Shown: positions 39,155-48,660 of the stretch, one piece after another | How positions within the stretch are numbered: the first letter of the stretch is position 1 | Layout: every line of letters begins with the position of its first letter | Source: Sedimentisphaerales bacterium | GTDB lineage: Bacteria; Planctomycetota; Phycisphaerae; Sedimentisphaerales; Anaerobacaceae | Assembly: GCA_035448545.1 (NCBI GenBank) | Contig: DAOTJE010000005.1 | Coordinates: 57,878 to 121,877 of the forward strand | Length of the DNA: 64,000 nucleotides | Direction: 5' to 3' | Notes under the pieces: model-generated | The model's input: the letters and a program-made list of their open reading frames with translations, nothing else | Database searches by the model: none | Told to the model about the DNA's origin: nothing | Translations under genes and position numbers: made by a program

Positions 39155-40144
39155 ATGGCGACAGATGTGAAGCAGATCGGCGAGATGGTGCAGGCCAAGA
39201 GCGAGTTTGTCCGAACGCTGCTGAGCGAGATTGACAAGGTGATCGTGGGCCAGCGCTACATGCTCGAACGGATGCTCATCGGGCTGCTGGCTAACGGGCA
39301 CATCCTGCTGGAGGGCGTCCCGGGCCTGGCCAAGACGCTGGCGGTGACGGTGCTGTCGAAGGCCATCGACGCCGAGTTTCGCCGGATTCAGTTCACTCCT
39401 GACCTCCTGCCGGCCGATCTTATCGGAACCCAGATCTACCGCCAGAGCGACGGGCAGTTCTACACACGCAAGGGTCCGATCTTCGCCAACATCATTCTGG
39501 CCGACGAGATCAACCGCGCCCCGGCCAAGGTCCAGAGCGCTCTGCTCGAATCCATGCAGGAGCGGCAGGTCTCGATCGGAGAGGAGACTTTCGCGCTGCC
39601 GACGCCGTTCCTGGTGCTGGCGACGCAGAACCCCATCGAGCAGGAGGGGACGTATCCGCTGCCGGAGGCGCAGTTGGACCGGTTCATGCTGAAGCTGAAG
39701 ATCGACTACCCGGACAAGAACCAGGAACGTCAGATTCTGGATCGCATGGCGGTGACAGACAAGAAACTGAACGTCCGGGCGGTGATCAAGCCGTCCGATA
39801 TCGCCGAGGTCCGCTCGATCATCGATGAGATCTACATCGACGACAAGGTCAAGGACTACATCGTCGATATCGTCTGCGCGACGCGCGACCCGCAGAAGTA
39901 TGGCCTGAAACTGTCCAACCTCATCAGTTACGGCGCCTCGCCGAGGGCGACGATCTATCTGGCGGTGGCGGCTAAGGCCCACGCGTTCATCCAGCAGCGC
40001 GGCTACGTGACCCCGCAGGACGTCAAGAGCATCGGACCCGACGTCCTGCGACATCGTGTGATCGTCAGCTACGAGGCGGAGGCGGAAGACAAGACCAGCG
40101 AGGACATCATCAAGACGATCTTCGACAGTATCGAAGTGCCATAG
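39155..40144 (+). CDS. moxR: MoxR-family AAA+ ATPase
   Basis: Start at MATDVKQ (ATG at 39155, AGGGGAAAG upstream). Walker A LLEGVPGLAKT, Walker B ILADEINRA, VLATQNP. Confidence 0.9.
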   Translation: MATDVKQIGEMVQAKSEFVRTLLSEIDKVIVGQRYMLERMLIGLLANGHILLEGVPGLAKTLAVTVLSKAIDAEFRRIQFTPDLLPADLIGTQIYRQSDGQFYTRKGPIFANIILADEINRAPAKVQSALLESMQERQVSIGEETFALPTPFLVLATQNPIEQEGTYPLPEAQLDRFMLKLKIDYPDKNQERQILDRMAVTDKKLNVRAVIKPSDIAEVRSIIDEIYIDDKVKDYIVDIVCATRDPQKYGLKLSNLISYGASPRATIYLAVAAKAHAFIQQRGYVTPQDVKSIGPDVLRHRVIVSYEAEAEDKTSEDIIKTIFDSIEVP

Positions 40145-40147
40145 GAA

Positions 40148-40243
40148 GATCAAAGTGCAAAATGGAAAATGCAAAATTGAGGAGGTCATCCGCCTGTGGC
40201 GGATTCCGCCATTTTGACCTTTGATATTTGATTTTTGCTTTGC
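40148..40243. repeat. Palindromic intercistronic repeat (TGCAAAAT-armed), copy B1
   Basis: Arms caaagtgcaaaatggaaaatgcaaaat / attttgacctttgatatttgatttttgctttgc around the core GGAGGTCATCCGCC-tgt-GGCGGATTCC (40181-40207). Fills the moxR-DUF58 spacer. Confidence 0.55.
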
Positions 40244-40248
40244 TCCAG

Positions 40249-41124
40249 ATGATTTCCGAAGAACTCATCAAACGAATCCGGCAGATTCAGATCTACACCT
40301 CGCGGGCGGTGGATGCCAGCTTTGCGGGCCAGTACGAGAGCGTGTTCAAGGGCCGCGGCATGCAGTTCGACGAGGTCCGCGAGTACATGCCGGGCGATGA
40401 GATTCGCACGATCGACTGGAACGTCACCGCGCGGACGGGACGGCCCTTCGTCAAGCGGTTCGTCGAAGAGCGCGAGATGACGGTGTTGTTCGCGGTGGAC
40501 CTGAGCGCCTCGGGCGAGTTTGGGACGGTCAGCAAGCTCAAGAATGAGCTGGCCGCCGAGTTCTGCGCCGTGCTGGCCTTCGCGGCCGCCAAGAACAACG
40601 ACAAGGTGGGGCTGCTGATCTTCACCGACCGGATCGAATTGTTCATCCCGCCCAAGAAGGGCAGCCGCCACATCCTGCGGCTGATTCGCGAACTGCTGGG
40701 CTTCACGATGCCCAGACGCCGGACGAACATTCCTCTGGCGCTGGACTACATCGCCAAGGTAGTCCGCAAACGGGCGACGGTGTTCCTGGTCAGCGACTTC
40801 ATCGAGACGGGCTTCCAGAAACCGCTGAGCCTGCTGAACAAGCGGCATGATGTGATCGCGGTGCCCGTCCGCGACCGTGTGGAGATGGCCATGCCGGCGG
40901 TCGGCCTGATCGAAGTGGAGGATGCCGAGACCGGGCAGATCATGCTGGTGGACACGTCGAGCCGTCGCTTTCGAGCGCAGTACGGCGAGTACAGTTCGCG
41001 TCGATTCAATGAGCTGAAGAACACACTTCGGTCCGCGAACGTCGACCTGATCCCGATCGCGACGGACCGGCCGTACATCAACGACCTGATTCAGTTTTTT
41101 CACATGCGGCATCGCCGGCGTTAG
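40249..41124 (+). CDS. DUF58 (vWA-like) protein, MoxR partner
   Basis: GQYESVFKGRGMQFDEVREYMPGDEIRTIDWNVTAR is the DUF58 hallmark. FAVDLSASG MIDAS-like motif. Confidence 0.85.
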   Translation: MISEELIKRIRQIQIYTSRAVDASFAGQYESVFKGRGMQFDEVREYMPGDEIRTIDWNVTARTGRPFVKRFVEEREMTVLFAVDLSASGEFGTVSKLKNELAAEFCAVLAFAAAKNNDKVGLLIFTDRIELFIPPKKGSRHILRLIRELLGFTMPRRRTNIPLALDYIAKVVRKRATVFLVSDFIETGFQKPLSLLNKRHDVIAVPVRDRVEMAMPAVGLIEVEDAETGQIMLVDTSSRRFRAQYGEYSSRRFNELKNTLRSANVDLIPIATDRPYINDLIQFFHMRHRRR

Positions 41125-41147
41125 GGTCGGCGCCAACATCGGGGGAC

Positions 41148-42557
41148 GTGGAGACAGACAAGACGATGGCAGAGAAACTCGATTTTTCGCTTCCTGCGAA
41201 GCGGCCGCAGAGTTCGATCGCCGGCACGCTGACCGTGCTGCTTCTGGTGACCCTGACGGCGCTGGCGGTCGCGAATCTGGCGACGACGCTGCGGAACAAG
41301 CAGCCGCCGGCCGGGCAGACGCCGCAAGGGCTCTCGGCCGACCAGGTCAAGGCGCTGGCCACCCGGCTGGACCAGAGAGGTCTGCATCAGGAGGCGGCGG
41401 GATTATGGCGTGACTACGCCGCGACGCCCGCTTTGACGGAGGCTGAGCGAGCCAGGGCGCTCTTCCACGCGGGCGTCTCGCTCGAAAAGGCCGGGCAGTT
41501 CGCCCAGGCCATCGAGCAGTATTATCGCAGCGAAACGACCGCCGCGCTCGACGAACTCCGTACCCAGATCAACACGCACGTCAAGCAGTGTTTCGAATCG
41601 CTGGGCAACTTCGCGGCCCTGCGCTACGAGCTGATGGACCGAACGAGCCTGAATCCATCCGACCCGGCAGGAGGCAAGGTCGTCGCGGAGATCGGGCCCG
41701 AGAAGATCACCGAGGCCCAGCTCGACGCGATCGTCCAGCGCGGCATCGAGAATCAACTGGCCTCCGTCAAGGCCTTCATGCCACCGGAACAGCTCAACGA
41801 GCAGAAGAAACGCCTGCTGGAGCAGTATCGTGCGCCGCAGGCGAAGCAGCAGTTTCTGCAAGGCTGGCTGGCCCAGGAGATCCTGTATCGGCAGGCCCTG
41901 GACGAAGGGCTGGCGGACAAGCCTGAGACGAAGCAGGTGCTGGCGGACGTGACGCGAAGCGTGCTCAGTCAGCAGTTGATGGACGAGAAGCTGGCCTCGA
42001 AGGTCAATCTGACCGAAACGGACCTCCAGACATACTACTCGGCGAACAAGGGCAAATACGTCGAGCCGGCCAAGGCGAGGATCAGTCACATTCGTGTGGC
42101 CGATGAGGATCGGGCGGCGGATGTTCTCAGGCGGATCGGCAACGGTGAGGATTTTGTTGCGCTGGCAAAGGAGTTTTCCACGGATGACGCCACAAAGGGC
42201 GACGGCGGCGCGATAGCCGATGATATCCTCGAAGGCGCGTACGTTCCCGGCATCGGCGACGCCAATGAGATCAACAGGGCCATCTTTGCGGCGGCCGCGC
42301 CGGCGGTGCTTACCCAGGCGTTCCAGACCGACAAAGGCTGGGAGATTGTCAAGGTCCATGAGAAGCATCCCGAGCGCCAGAAACCGTTCGAGGAGGTCCG
42401 CCAGCAGGTGATGCAGGAACTGCTGCGCCGCAAGCAGCAGGAGGTGCAGCAGGACTATATTAAGGAGATGATGGATAAGTACAACGTGATTATCCACACG
42501 TCGGTTCTGGCTCCGGCGCCGCCGACGGATTCGCAGGAGCCACCGACGCAGAAATGA
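41148..42557 (+). CDS. Parvulin-type peptidyl-prolyl isomerase with TM anchor and SurA/TPR-like helical region
   Basis: 469 aa. N-terminal TM (IAGTLTVLLLVTLTALAVANL). PPIC rotamase core ARISHIRV...ALAKEFSTD...GDGG...TDKGWEIVKV. GTG at 41148 or ATG at 41166. Confidence 0.75.
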   Translation: METDKTMAEKLDFSLPAKRPQSSIAGTLTVLLLVTLTALAVANLATTLRNKQPPAGQTPQGLSADQVKALATRLDQRGLHQEAAGLWRDYAATPALTEAERARALFHAGVSLEKAGQFAQAIEQYYRSETTAALDELRTQINTHVKQCFESLGNFAALRYELMDRTSLNPSDPAGGKVVAEIGPEKITEAQLDAIVQRGIENQLASVKAFMPPEQLNEQKKRLLEQYRAPQAKQQFLQGWLAQEILYRQALDEGLADKPETKQVLADVTRSVLSQQLMDEKLASKVNLTETDLQTYYSANKGKYVEPAKARISHIRVADEDRAADVLRRIGNGEDFVALAKEFSTDDATKGDGGAIADDILEGAYVPGIGDANEINRAIFAAAAPAVLTQAFQTDKGWEIVKVHEKHPERQKPFEEVRQQVMQELLRRKQQEVQQDYIKEMMDKYNVIIHTSVLAPAPPTDSQEPPTQK

Positions 42558-43618
42558 CCGCCTCTCGCAAGACAATCCGGATTGCCCTGCTCGTTTTTGC
42601 GGGCATGCTGGCGCTCGGCGCCGGGTGTCGACGCGACTCGGATCGCGCCGAGGCGAAGACCGCGTTCGAAGTGGACAAGGTGTACGAGCGCGGGCCGGTG
42701 ACGGTGCACGTCCGGTTGGACAAGACGAAGATCACCATCGCCCAGACCGTGCTGCTGCAATTCGAGGCGACGGTGGGGCCGGGCTACGAGATTCAGATGC
42801 CCAAGGTCGATGAAGCGCTTCAGGACTTCGGGCTGGTCAGTTGGGACCATCCGGGTGAGCGACTCGATGAGGAGAATAACGTGGTCACGACGTACCAGTA
42901 TCGCCTGGAGCCGTTTCTCTCAGGCACCTACGAAATCCCGGCGTTTACCTTCACGTTTCACGACGTCAACGAGCCGGACGCCAAACACGAGCTGCGCAGC
43001 GAGCCGGTCGCGGTGGAGGTTACCAGCTTGCTGGGCGAAGACCGGGCCAAGCTCGTGATCGAGGACATCGAGGGCGTGGTGGCGATGCCGAGGCAGGCGG
43101 CGACCTGGTGGGTCCGGCTGCTGGTCGGCGTCGGTGTCGCTCTGGCGGCAGCGGGCGCTGTGGCGTGGTTCCTGCTGCGTCGGGCGAGCAGGCTCAAGGT
43201 GCAGCGCATTCTTCGGCCGGCCCATGAGATTGCCTACGCGCGGTTGCGCGCCCTGGTGGCCGAGAAGCTCGTGGAGGCCGGCCGGATCAAGGAATTCTAC
43301 GAGCGGATCAGCGGCATTCTGCGGTACTACATCGAGGATCGCTTCGACCTGCACGCGCCCGAACGCACGACCGAGGAATTCCTGGACGAGCTGCGGCGGA
43401 CGGAAGTCTTGCAAAGTCCCGACAAGAACGTGCTGGGCGAGTTCCTGACGCATTGCGACCTGGTGAAGTTCGCCCAACACGCGCCGACGACGGAACAGAT
43501 TCAGCGCGCGTTCGATCTGGTCAAGGATTTCATCGAGCGGACCCGGTCGGACGAACGGCAGGTCGACGTGACGGACAGGGTGCAGACGGCCGAACCAGCC
43601 GCCGCGGAGGTAGTGTAG
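42554..43618 (+). CDS. Lipoprotein with Ig-like (BatD-like) N-terminal part and DUF4381-like TM/helical C-terminal part
   Basis: ATGA overlap with the upstream stop. Lipobox LALGAGC. Central TM (WWVRLLVGVGVALAAAGAVAWFLL), followed by AHEIAYARLRAL...FYERISGILRYYIEDRF...TTEEFL, typical of DUF4381 in MoxR/Bat operons (memory). Confidence 0.6.
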   Translation: MTASRKTIRIALLVFAGMLALGAGCRRDSDRAEAKTAFEVDKVYERGPVTVHVRLDKTKITIAQTVLLQFEATVGPGYEIQMPKVDEALQDFGLVSWDHPGERLDEENNVVTTYQYRLEPFLSGTYEIPAFTFTFHDVNEPDAKHELRSEPVAVEVTSLLGEDRAKLVIEDIEGVVAMPRQAATWWVRLLVGVGVALAAAGAVAWFLLRRASRLKVQRILRPAHEIAYARLRALVAEKLVEAGRIKEFYERISGILRYYIEDRFDLHAPERTTEEFLDELRRTEVLQSPDKNVLGEFLTHCDLVKFAQHAPTTEQIQRAFDLVKDFIERTRSDERQVDVTDRVQTAEPAAAEVV

Positions 43619-44710
43619 ATGCAGTGGTACACACCCTGGGCTCTTCTGTTGTTGCTGGTGCTGCCCTTGCTGGGCTATCGGATGCTGCGCGAGAAGCGAT
43701 CGGCCGCCGTGAAGTTCCCCAGCCTGATCGATATGCGGGCCTGCCCCGTCTCCTGGCGGCTTCGCCTGCGGCCGGTCCTGGTGGTGGCGCGGCTATTGTG
43801 TCTGGCCCTGCTGATCCTGGCGCTGGCCCGGCCGCGCAAGGGGACGGTTCTCTCGGAGATTTCGACCGAGGGGGTGGCTCTGGAAGTGGTGGTCGACCGC
43901 TCGGGCAGCATGGCGGCCGAGATGGACTACGAGGGCCAGAAGCTCGACCGCCTCGAAGTGGTCAAGCGCGTCTTCGCCGATTTTGTCGAAGGCGATAAGA
44001 AAGGCCTCGGCGGCCGCCCAGGCGACCTGATCGGGCTAATCACGTTCGCGCGGTACGCCGACACGGTCTGCCCGCTGGTGCTCAGCCACAACATCGTGGC
44101 CGAGTTCCTCAAGAAGACGGAGATCGTCAACATCCGCAGCGAGGATGGGACTGCGATCGGGGACGCGATCGCGTTGGCTGCCGCCCGCCTGAAGAAGGCC
44201 GAGGAGGAGCTTCAACGCCGCAACGCGCAGTTGGGGTTCGGAGAGACCGAATCCCCCAAAGGCGAACGCGGCGGCTTCGAGATCAAGAGCAAGGCCATCG
44301 TTCTGCTGACCGATGGACGCAACAACGTGGGTGACTGCGACCCGCTGGCGGCGGCGGAACTCGCGGCCAAGTGGGGGATCAAGATCTACACGATAGGGAT
44401 CGGATCGGCCCAGTCTTTCGCGACGGTTCAGACGATGCTCGGGACGTTCCGCATGCCGACGCAGGACGATCTGGACGAGGGTCTGCTCAAAGCGATCGCC
44501 GAGAAGACCGGAGGGTTTTACAGCCGGGCGACCGACGCCGCATCCCTGCGCGAGGTCGTCAAGCGGATCGATGCTTTGGAGAAGACAAAGGTCAAATCGG
44601 TGCAGTACACGCAGTACGCCGAGCGCTTCGGGCGCTGGACGCTGCCGGCGCTGGTATTGCTCATGCTGGAGATGCTGGCCGGCTGCACGGTCTTTCGAAA
44701 AATACCGTAG
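43619..44710 (+). CDS. batA: vWA-domain protein BatA
   Basis: N-terminal TM pair (PWALLLLLVLPLL...). MIDAS VVVDRSGSM. C-terminal TM. Confidence 0.85.
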   Translation: MQWYTPWALLLLLVLPLLGYRMLREKRSAAVKFPSLIDMRACPVSWRLRLRPVLVVARLLCLALLILALARPRKGTVLSEISTEGVALEVVVDRSGSMAAEMDYEGQKLDRLEVVKRVFADFVEGDKKGLGGRPGDLIGLITFARYADTVCPLVLSHNIVAEFLKKTEIVNIRSEDGTAIGDAIALAAARLKKAEEELQRRNAQLGFGETESPKGERGGFEIKSKAIVLLTDGRNNVGDCDPLAAAELAAKWGIKIYTIGIGSAQSFATVQTMLGTFRMPTQDDLDEGLLKAIAEKTGGFYSRATDAASLREVVKRIDALEKTKVKSVQYTQYAERFGRWTLPALVLLMLEMLAGCTVFRKIP

Positions 44711-44751
44711 ATATGGGACGAGGGTGCGAGAGGAAGGCAGGATCACCCGAT

Positions 44752-44913
44752 GGAAATCCGAAATGCGAATCTCGAAGCTCGAAACAAGCATGAATGACCG
44801 AAATCCAAGATCCAAGGCGCTGTCTCCAACGGCTGCTCCGCCGAAGGCGGGTTTCTGCCATTGTGATTTTGGTCCTTTGGACTTGTTTCGGATTTCGGGT
44901 TTCGTGCTTCGAG
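44752..44913. repeat. Palindromic intergenic repeat, CGAAA(T/C)-armed family, copy A3
   Basis: ggaaatccgaaatgcgaatctcgaagctcgaaacaagcatgaatgaccgaaatcc ... cttgtttcggatttcgggtttcgtgcttcgag. Shares the cgaaacaag..gaatgac and aagcacgaaa units with A1/A2. Central hairpin CCGCC-gaa-GGCGG. Confidence 0.65.
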
Positions 44914-44940
44914 TCTTGCAGGAGTCTGTGACGCAGGCTT

Positions 44941-45957
44941 ATGAATCTGGGCAATGAGAAGGCGTTGTGGCTGTTGTTTCTGGTTCCGGCGGTGCTGGTG
45001 CCTGTCTATGCGTGGTGTTTTTGGCGCAAGGCGCAAGCGCTGCGGACGTTGGCCAGTTGTGAGATGCTCGCGAAGATTAACAACAGCGTCAGTTTGGGCC
45101 GGCAGGTGTTGAAAGCGGTTCTCCTCGTGCTCGCGTTCGTGCTGATTGTGCTGGCGCTGACGGAGCCGAAGTGGAATCCGCAACCCCAGCAGATACGCCG
45201 GCAGGGACGTGACGTCGCGATCGTGCTCGACACCAGCCGGTCCATGCTCGCCGAAGACATCAAGCCCAATCGCCTGGAGCGGTCCAAGATTGCCATCGCT
45301 GACCTGCTGGAGGTGCTCAAGGGCGATCGCGTCGCCATCGTGACGTTTGCGGGCAACGCGACGGTCAAGTGCCCGTTGACGCAGGATTATGCGTTCGTGC
45401 GGATGGTGCTGGCGGACATCTCGACCGAGAGCACCAACCGGGGTGGCACGATGATCGGCGACGCGATCCGTAAGGCCACCGAGGAGGTATTCGACAAGCA
45501 AAGCCGCGAGTTCAAGGACATGATTCTCATCACCGACGGCGAGGACCATGACAGCTTTCCTGTCGAAGCGGCCAGGAAGGCAGCCGAAGAGGGCATCCGC
45601 ATCATCGCCATCGGCCTGGGCGACGACCAGACCGGGTCACGCATCCCGATCACGGGTCCCGACGGCCAGACCACCTTCCTGAAATACCAGGGCCAGGAGG
45701 TCTGGTCCAAGCTCGACAGCGACACGCTACGCGAGGTGGCCTATGCCACCGATGGGGGCAAGTACCTCTCGGTGTCGCCGGGTACGACGATGGACCTGGG
45801 CATGATCTACGACAACCTGATCGCCTCCGCCGCCCGGCGCGAGCTGGAGTCGATGACGATGATGAAATACGATGAGAAATTCCAGATTTTCGTGGCGTTT
45901 GCCATTGGACTGTTGATTGGCGAGGCGTTGCTCAGTGAACGCAGGAAAGCGGCTTAG
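44941..45957 (+). CDS. batB: vWA-domain protein BatB
   Basis: N-terminal TMs. MIDAS IVLDTSRSM, ILITDGEDHD. C-terminal TM. Confidence 0.85.
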   Translation: MNLGNEKALWLLFLVPAVLVPVYAWCFWRKAQALRTLASCEMLAKINNSVSLGRQVLKAVLLVLAFVLIVLALTEPKWNPQPQQIRRQGRDVAIVLDTSRSMLAEDIKPNRLERSKIAIADLLEVLKGDRVAIVTFAGNATVKCPLTQDYAFVRMVLADISTESTNRGGTMIGDAIRKATEEVFDKQSREFKDMILITDGEDHDSFPVEAARKAAEEGIRIIAIGLGDDQTGSRIPITGPDGQTTFLKYQGQEVWSKLDSDTLREVAYATDGGKYLSVSPGTTMDLGMIYDNLIASAARRELESMTMMKYDEKFQIFVAFAIGLLIGEALLSERRKAA

Positions 45958-46759
45958 TCTGATTGTGGTCGTGCTGGCGGCGCTGACGCTGACGGCGCGG
46001 GCCGAGTCTGCCCGGCAGATGGTCCGAGAAGGCAACCGGCTCTATGCCGACGGGCAGTACGCCGAGGCGATCAACAAGTACAACGAGGCCGAGGTCGAGC
46101 AGCCGGAGGCCCTCGTGCCCAAGTTCAACAAGGCCAACAGCTACTATCGCCTGGACGATCTCGGCGAGGCGATCGATCTTTATCAGGAGGTCGCCGCCGA
46201 GAGCAAAGACATGGCGCTCGTCGCCAGGGCCAAGTACAACCTGGGCAACTGTTTCTTCCAGCGAGGCGCCAAACAGCGTGATTCCGATCTGCACAAGGCC
46301 CTGCAGGACATGGAGACCAGCATTACCTACTGGCGGGGCGTGCTGGATATCGACCCGAAGAACGAGAAGGCCGCACGCAATATCGAGGTTGCCCGACTGA
46401 CGATCAAGGATATCCTCGATCAGATCAAGAAGCAGCAGGAAGAGCAACAGCAACAACAGCAGGACCAGCAGGGCCAGCATCAGAATCAGGATCAACAGCA
46501 ACAAAGCCAGCAGCCTCAGGCGCAGGACCCGAACCAGCCGCAGGAACAGCAGCCGCAAGGGGCCGATCAGAAGCAGGACCCGAACCAGACGGAGCAGCAG
46601 GGGCAGCCGGACCAGAGCTCGCAAGAGCAGCAGGCACGGCAACAACACGTTGTGCCGGACACCACCGCCCAGGAAATCCTCGACAAAGAGCAGAGACAGA
46701 AGGAACAACGCCAGATTCTGCAAAGAGCGCAGACCCAGAAAGTCGAAAAGGACTGGTAG
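45917..46759 (+). CDS. batC: TPR protein BatC with Gln-rich C-terminal tail
   Basis: Signal/anchor LSLIVVVLAALTLTARA. TPR repeats (GNRLYADGQYAEAINKYNEA..., YNLGNCFFQRG...). TTG at 45917 or GTG at 45935; overlaps the batB end. Confidence 0.75.
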   Translation: MARRCSVNAGKRLSLIVVVLAALTLTARAESARQMVREGNRLYADGQYAEAINKYNEAEVEQPEALVPKFNKANSYYRLDDLGEAIDLYQEVAAESKDMALVARAKYNLGNCFFQRGAKQRDSDLHKALQDMETSITYWRGVLDIDPKNEKAARNIEVARLTIKDILDQIKKQQEEQQQQQQDQQGQHQNQDQQQQSQQPQAQDPNQPQEQQPQGADQKQDPNQTEQQGQPDQSSQEQQARQQHVVPDTTAQEILDKEQRQKEQRQILQRAQTQKVEKDW

Positions 46760-46774
46760 GGACCAGCCGAAGAA

Positions 46775-46878
46775 TGAAGATGAGAGATCAGACATCCAGT
46801 ATCAGAGATGTGGAGGTCATCGCCGCATCGCGGCGATTCCATATTCTTGATTCTTGCTCTTTGCATTTTGCATTTGAG
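46775..46878. repeat. Palindromic intercistronic repeat (TGCAAAAT-armed), copy B2
   Basis: Core GGAGGTCATCGCCGC-atc-GCGGCGATTCC (46812-46840) is near-identical in design to the B1 core. The right arm ttgcattttgcatttgag is the inverted counterpart of the B1 left arm. Confidence 0.55.
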
Positions 46879-46893
46879 AAAGCCCTGGTCTTC

Positions 46894-48660
46894 ATGGCGC
46901 TGCTGTCGGCTTTGGCGGGTGGGGCGTTCGCTCAGGGGCGGACGCGGGTTTACGCGAAGGTCGACTCCGACACCACGATCTATCCCGGGCAGACGTTTAC
47001 CTACTCGGTGGTCGTGGAGGGGGGCAAGCCGAGCCGGGTAGACGTCTCCGCCATCGCCCGGTTCAATCCGCAGCGGGCCGGCAGCGGGAGCTCGATCCAG
47101 ACGATCAACGACCGCACGACCATCAGCTATTCGGAGAACTACGCGATCGTAGCGGACAAACCGGGCACAATGGTCCTTCCCGGCGTGACTGTGGTCGTGG
47201 ACGGCCAAACCTACACCACCAACGCCGTCGAGGTGACGGTCTCGGCACCCGGGACGACGGATCGCCTGGATCTGGAAGTGACGCTGTCGGAGACGAAGTG
47301 TTACGTGGGCCAGCCGGTGGTGATGACGGTACGCTGGATCGTCAAAGCGCAGGTGAAAGACGCTGCGTTCGATGTGCCTGTGCTCAAGTCCGACGATTTC
47401 TTCATCGAGGACCCGCCGGATGCGGCGGGTGCTTACGCCAAAACGGAGGCCACCATTCACGGCGTTCCGGTCGTGGTCTATGAGAATCGCGAGATGATCA
47501 AGGGCATGGAGGCCGCGATTGTCTCGTTCCGCAAGGTCCTGATTCCGAAGAAGCCCGGGACGGTGACGCTCGAACCGGTGACGGTCTCGACGAGCATGGC
47601 GACCGGTCGCGTCCGCACGGGCGACTTCCTGAACCCGTTCCGAATGAACTACGAGCGGTTCGCGGTGCAGTCGGACGCGATCCCGCTGAACGTGCTGCCC
47701 CTGCCCGAGACGGGCCGGCCCAAAGGGTTCTACGGGCTGGTCGGCCGCTACACGATCGAGGCGTCCGCGACGCCGACCCAGGTCAGTGTAGGCGACCCGA
47801 TCACGCTGACCATCCGGATCGGCGGCAATCCGTACCTCAAACCGGTCCAGTGGCCTGACCTGGAAGGTGTGCCCGATCTGGTGGACAACTTCAAGATCCC
47901 CAGCGAGAAGGCTTCCCCGCTGGTGGAGGGTGGACAGAAGGTTTTCACGCAGACGCTGCGGGCCAGCCATGATCGGGTGACAGAGATTCCGGCCATTCCG
48001 CTGGTGTATTTCGATCCGGACGCGGGGGACTACGTGGTGGCCAGGACCAAACCTATCCCGCTGGAGGTGGCGGCGGCCAAGGTGCTGACGGGCGCCGACA
48101 TCGAAGGTCTGGACGCCGCTCCGGCCGGACGACAGGTGCAGGCCCTGCGCGAGGGATTCAGCGCCAATTACTACGGTCCGGAGGTCCTGGTCAATCAGGC
48201 GTTCTCGCCTGGGGCGGCGCTGATCAGCCCCCGTTACCTGGTGCTCTGGTCTGCTCCATTGACGGCGCTGCTCGGCAGTGTGGCGTTTCGTCTGGCGACG
48301 CGAACCAGTCCCGATGCGGTGGCCCGGAAGCGCCGGCGCCGGGCGTGTTCGGAGGCCGTGCAGCGTCTCCGTGCGGTGGCCTCGGCTCCGGCGGGCCAGC
48401 GACATGATTTGCTGATCGCGGCCCTGAGAGGATACGTTGGTGATCGGTTCGACCGCACCGCTGGCTCGCTGACCGCCGACGATTGCTGCAGCATCGTGCG
48501 GACGGCGACCGGGGATGCCGATCTGGCCGACCGGCTCCGGGCGAAGATCTCCGAATTGGAGGCGGCTCGCTATGCGGCGATCCGTGCACCGGCGGATGCG
48601 GCCCAGATCGAAGAGGCGATAGAACTGGTGCAACGGGTGGAAGAGAAGGTGAAGCGATGA
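46894..48660 (+). CDS. batD: BatD (oxygen-tolerance) protein
   Basis: Start at MALLSALAGGAFAQ (ATG at 46894, just after the repeat). Repeated Ig-like segments (VDSDTTIYPGQTFTYSVVVEG..., VSVGDPITLTIRIGG...). C-terminal TM and helical tail. Confidence 0.8.
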   Translation: MALLSALAGGAFAQGRTRVYAKVDSDTTIYPGQTFTYSVVVEGGKPSRVDVSAIARFNPQRAGSGSSIQTINDRTTISYSENYAIVADKPGTMVLPGVTVVVDGQTYTTNAVEVTVSAPGTTDRLDLEVTLSETKCYVGQPVVMTVRWIVKAQVKDAAFDVPVLKSDDFFIEDPPDAAGAYAKTEATIHGVPVVVYENREMIKGMEAAIVSFRKVLIPKKPGTVTLEPVTVSTSMATGRVRTGDFLNPFRMNYERFAVQSDAIPLNVLPLPETGRPKGFYGLVGRYTIEASATPTQVSVGDPITLTIRIGGNPYLKPVQWPDLEGVPDLVDNFKIPSEKASPLVEGGQKVFTQTLRASHDRVTEIPAIPLVYFDPDAGDYVVARTKPIPLEVAAAKVLTGADIEGLDAAPAGRQVQALREGFSANYYGPEVLVNQAFSPGAALISPRYLVLWSAPLTALLGSVAFRLATRTSPDAVARKRRRRACSEAVQRLRAVASAPAGQRHDLLIAALRGYVGDRFDRTAGSLTADDCCSIVRTATGDADLADRLRAKISELEAARYAAIRAPADAAQIEEAIELVQRVEEKVKR

